The translations under genes were made by a program, and so were the position numbers. This document shows, in pieces, positions 35,061 through 35,908 of a stretch of DNA of 35,908 nt. Source of the DNA: a virus (Duplodnaviria; Caudoviricetes). Location: positions 1-35,908 of the IMG/VR virus record IMGVR_UViG_3300031227_000191. One strand, written 5' to 3'. The notes beneath the pieces are model-generated. The model saw only the letters and a program-made list of their open reading frames with translations, was not told where the DNA came from and ran no database searches. Position 1 is the stretch's first letter. Each line of letters starts with the position of its first letter.

Positions 35061-35908
35061 ATGACAATCTTCACCTTCTTACTATTATGCCTGGCTGGCC
35101 AGCAACAAGCATTCGGAGTCCCCATGTTACTGGTTGGGGGCTCAGCGCTGGTGTGGAACCTACGTCGAGTGAACCTGCGTAGCTTTCAGACCTGGTGCTG
35201 GGTCATCTTCTTAACTATCGTAACTGTGCAGACCTTACGAATCTGTGCTGACGCTTCGATACTAGAGTTTGCCCCGCCACTAGTATTCTCGGTATCACGG
35301 CCACACTCAGTCATGGTACTGGGTGGCTGGGCTATCGTTGCCGCCCTGTGCCTTGGTGACCCGGTGACCCGGAACCAGGCGCTGTGGTGGGCTGGTGTCG
35401 TAGCGATCCTCGGGATAGCGCAGTTCCACACTGGAGCCTCGGGGTTCTACTGGGCTATCCCCTTCAAGACCAGGTTCTTTTCTGTGTTCAGCTACATCAA
35501 TAATTCTGGGTCGTTCTTTATACTGGCATCTGGGCTCGCTATGACATACAAACTAAGAGGGATCCCGCTCGTCATGCTCTTCTATTACTGTGCCTATCTG
35601 ACACAGTGTAGGTTTGCCTTGGCTGTCATTCCCATTTTGCCACTCTATGCCCTGCTGACGCGTCGCTGGAAGCGGTGGGGGCTACTAGGTATCGCGATTG
35701 CAGGGTTCGTGGCGCTGGCGTTGAAGCTGGACTACCTGCTGTCGTGCGGGAGATGGCAGGAGTATGAGGCTTTTTACCATTTCTTCCCACACTTCCCTTG
35801 GTTTGGGGCCGGTCCGTGGGGGTACCACTGGTTTGCCAACACATATGGACCTGAGTGGTTGCGCGCTTTATTTGTACGTAACCCTAACTGCCACAACAGT
35901 TACCTCAT
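35061..35908 (+). CDS. O-antigen ligase / O-oligosaccharyltransferase-like (Wzy_C) polytopic membrane protein (partial, runs off window end)
   Basis: Not in ORF track. Manual translation open to the end: many TM segments, FSVFSYINNSG, LTQCRFA, GRWQEY, PWFGAGPWGY, NCHNSYL, matching the F.Y.N / T.SR / P.FG.G.G / HN.YL motifs; AAAGGA RBS. Confidence 0.8.
   Translation, partial: MTIFTFLLLCLAGQQQAFGVPMLLVGGSALVWNLRRVNLRSFQTWCWVIFLTIVTVQTLRICADASILEFAPPLVFSVSRPHSVMVLGGWAIVAALCLGDPVTRNQALWWAGVVAILGIAQFHTGASGFYWAIPFKTRFFSVFSYINNSGSFFILASGLAMTYKLRGIPLVMLFYYCAYLTQCRFALAVIPILPLYALLTRRWKRWGLLGIAIAGFVALALKLDYLLSCGRWQEYEAFYHFFPHFPWFGAGPWGYHWFANTYGPEWLRALFVRNPNCHNSYL

Noticed and set aside
1-35908. Genome-wide TAG reassignment (alternative genetic code)
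   Set aside because: TAG stops are rare, but all large conserved genes are intact under the standard code and no suppressor tRNA is seen; only one suspicious TAG (20508)

Overview
The window is a large part of a dsDNA tailed-phage (or prophage) genome with two divergent arms. Minus strand (1-12026): small and large terminase, portal, scaffold, major capsid protein, a probable decoration protein and tail-fibre-like proteins. Plus strand (12928-35908): early cassette-like genes separated by a 3-copy hairpin repeat, a cluster of five non-canonical tRNA-like RNAs, an iteron-rich origin-like region, RtcB RNA ligase, a ubiquitin-like conjugation module (Ubl, E2-like, ThiF/E1, JAB), two pentapeptide-repeat paralogues, SF2 helicase, Cas4-like nuclease, family A DNA polymerase, primase-helicase, RuvC-like resolvase and, at the right edge, an O-antigen-ligase/O-OTase-like (Wzy_C) membrane protein missed by the ORF track. 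Three things stand out: (1) four late-region proteins carry Sec-type signal peptides and are rich in (T/S)N dipeptides and N-x-S/T sequons, in a phage that also encodes a Wzy_C glycan transferase, which suggests export and glycosylation of virion proteins; (2) an array of tRNA mimics without normal anticodon arms lies upstream of rtcB; (3) the phage carries its own Ubl/E1/E2/JAB set. All family calls come from motif recognition by eye; no searches or folding programs were run.
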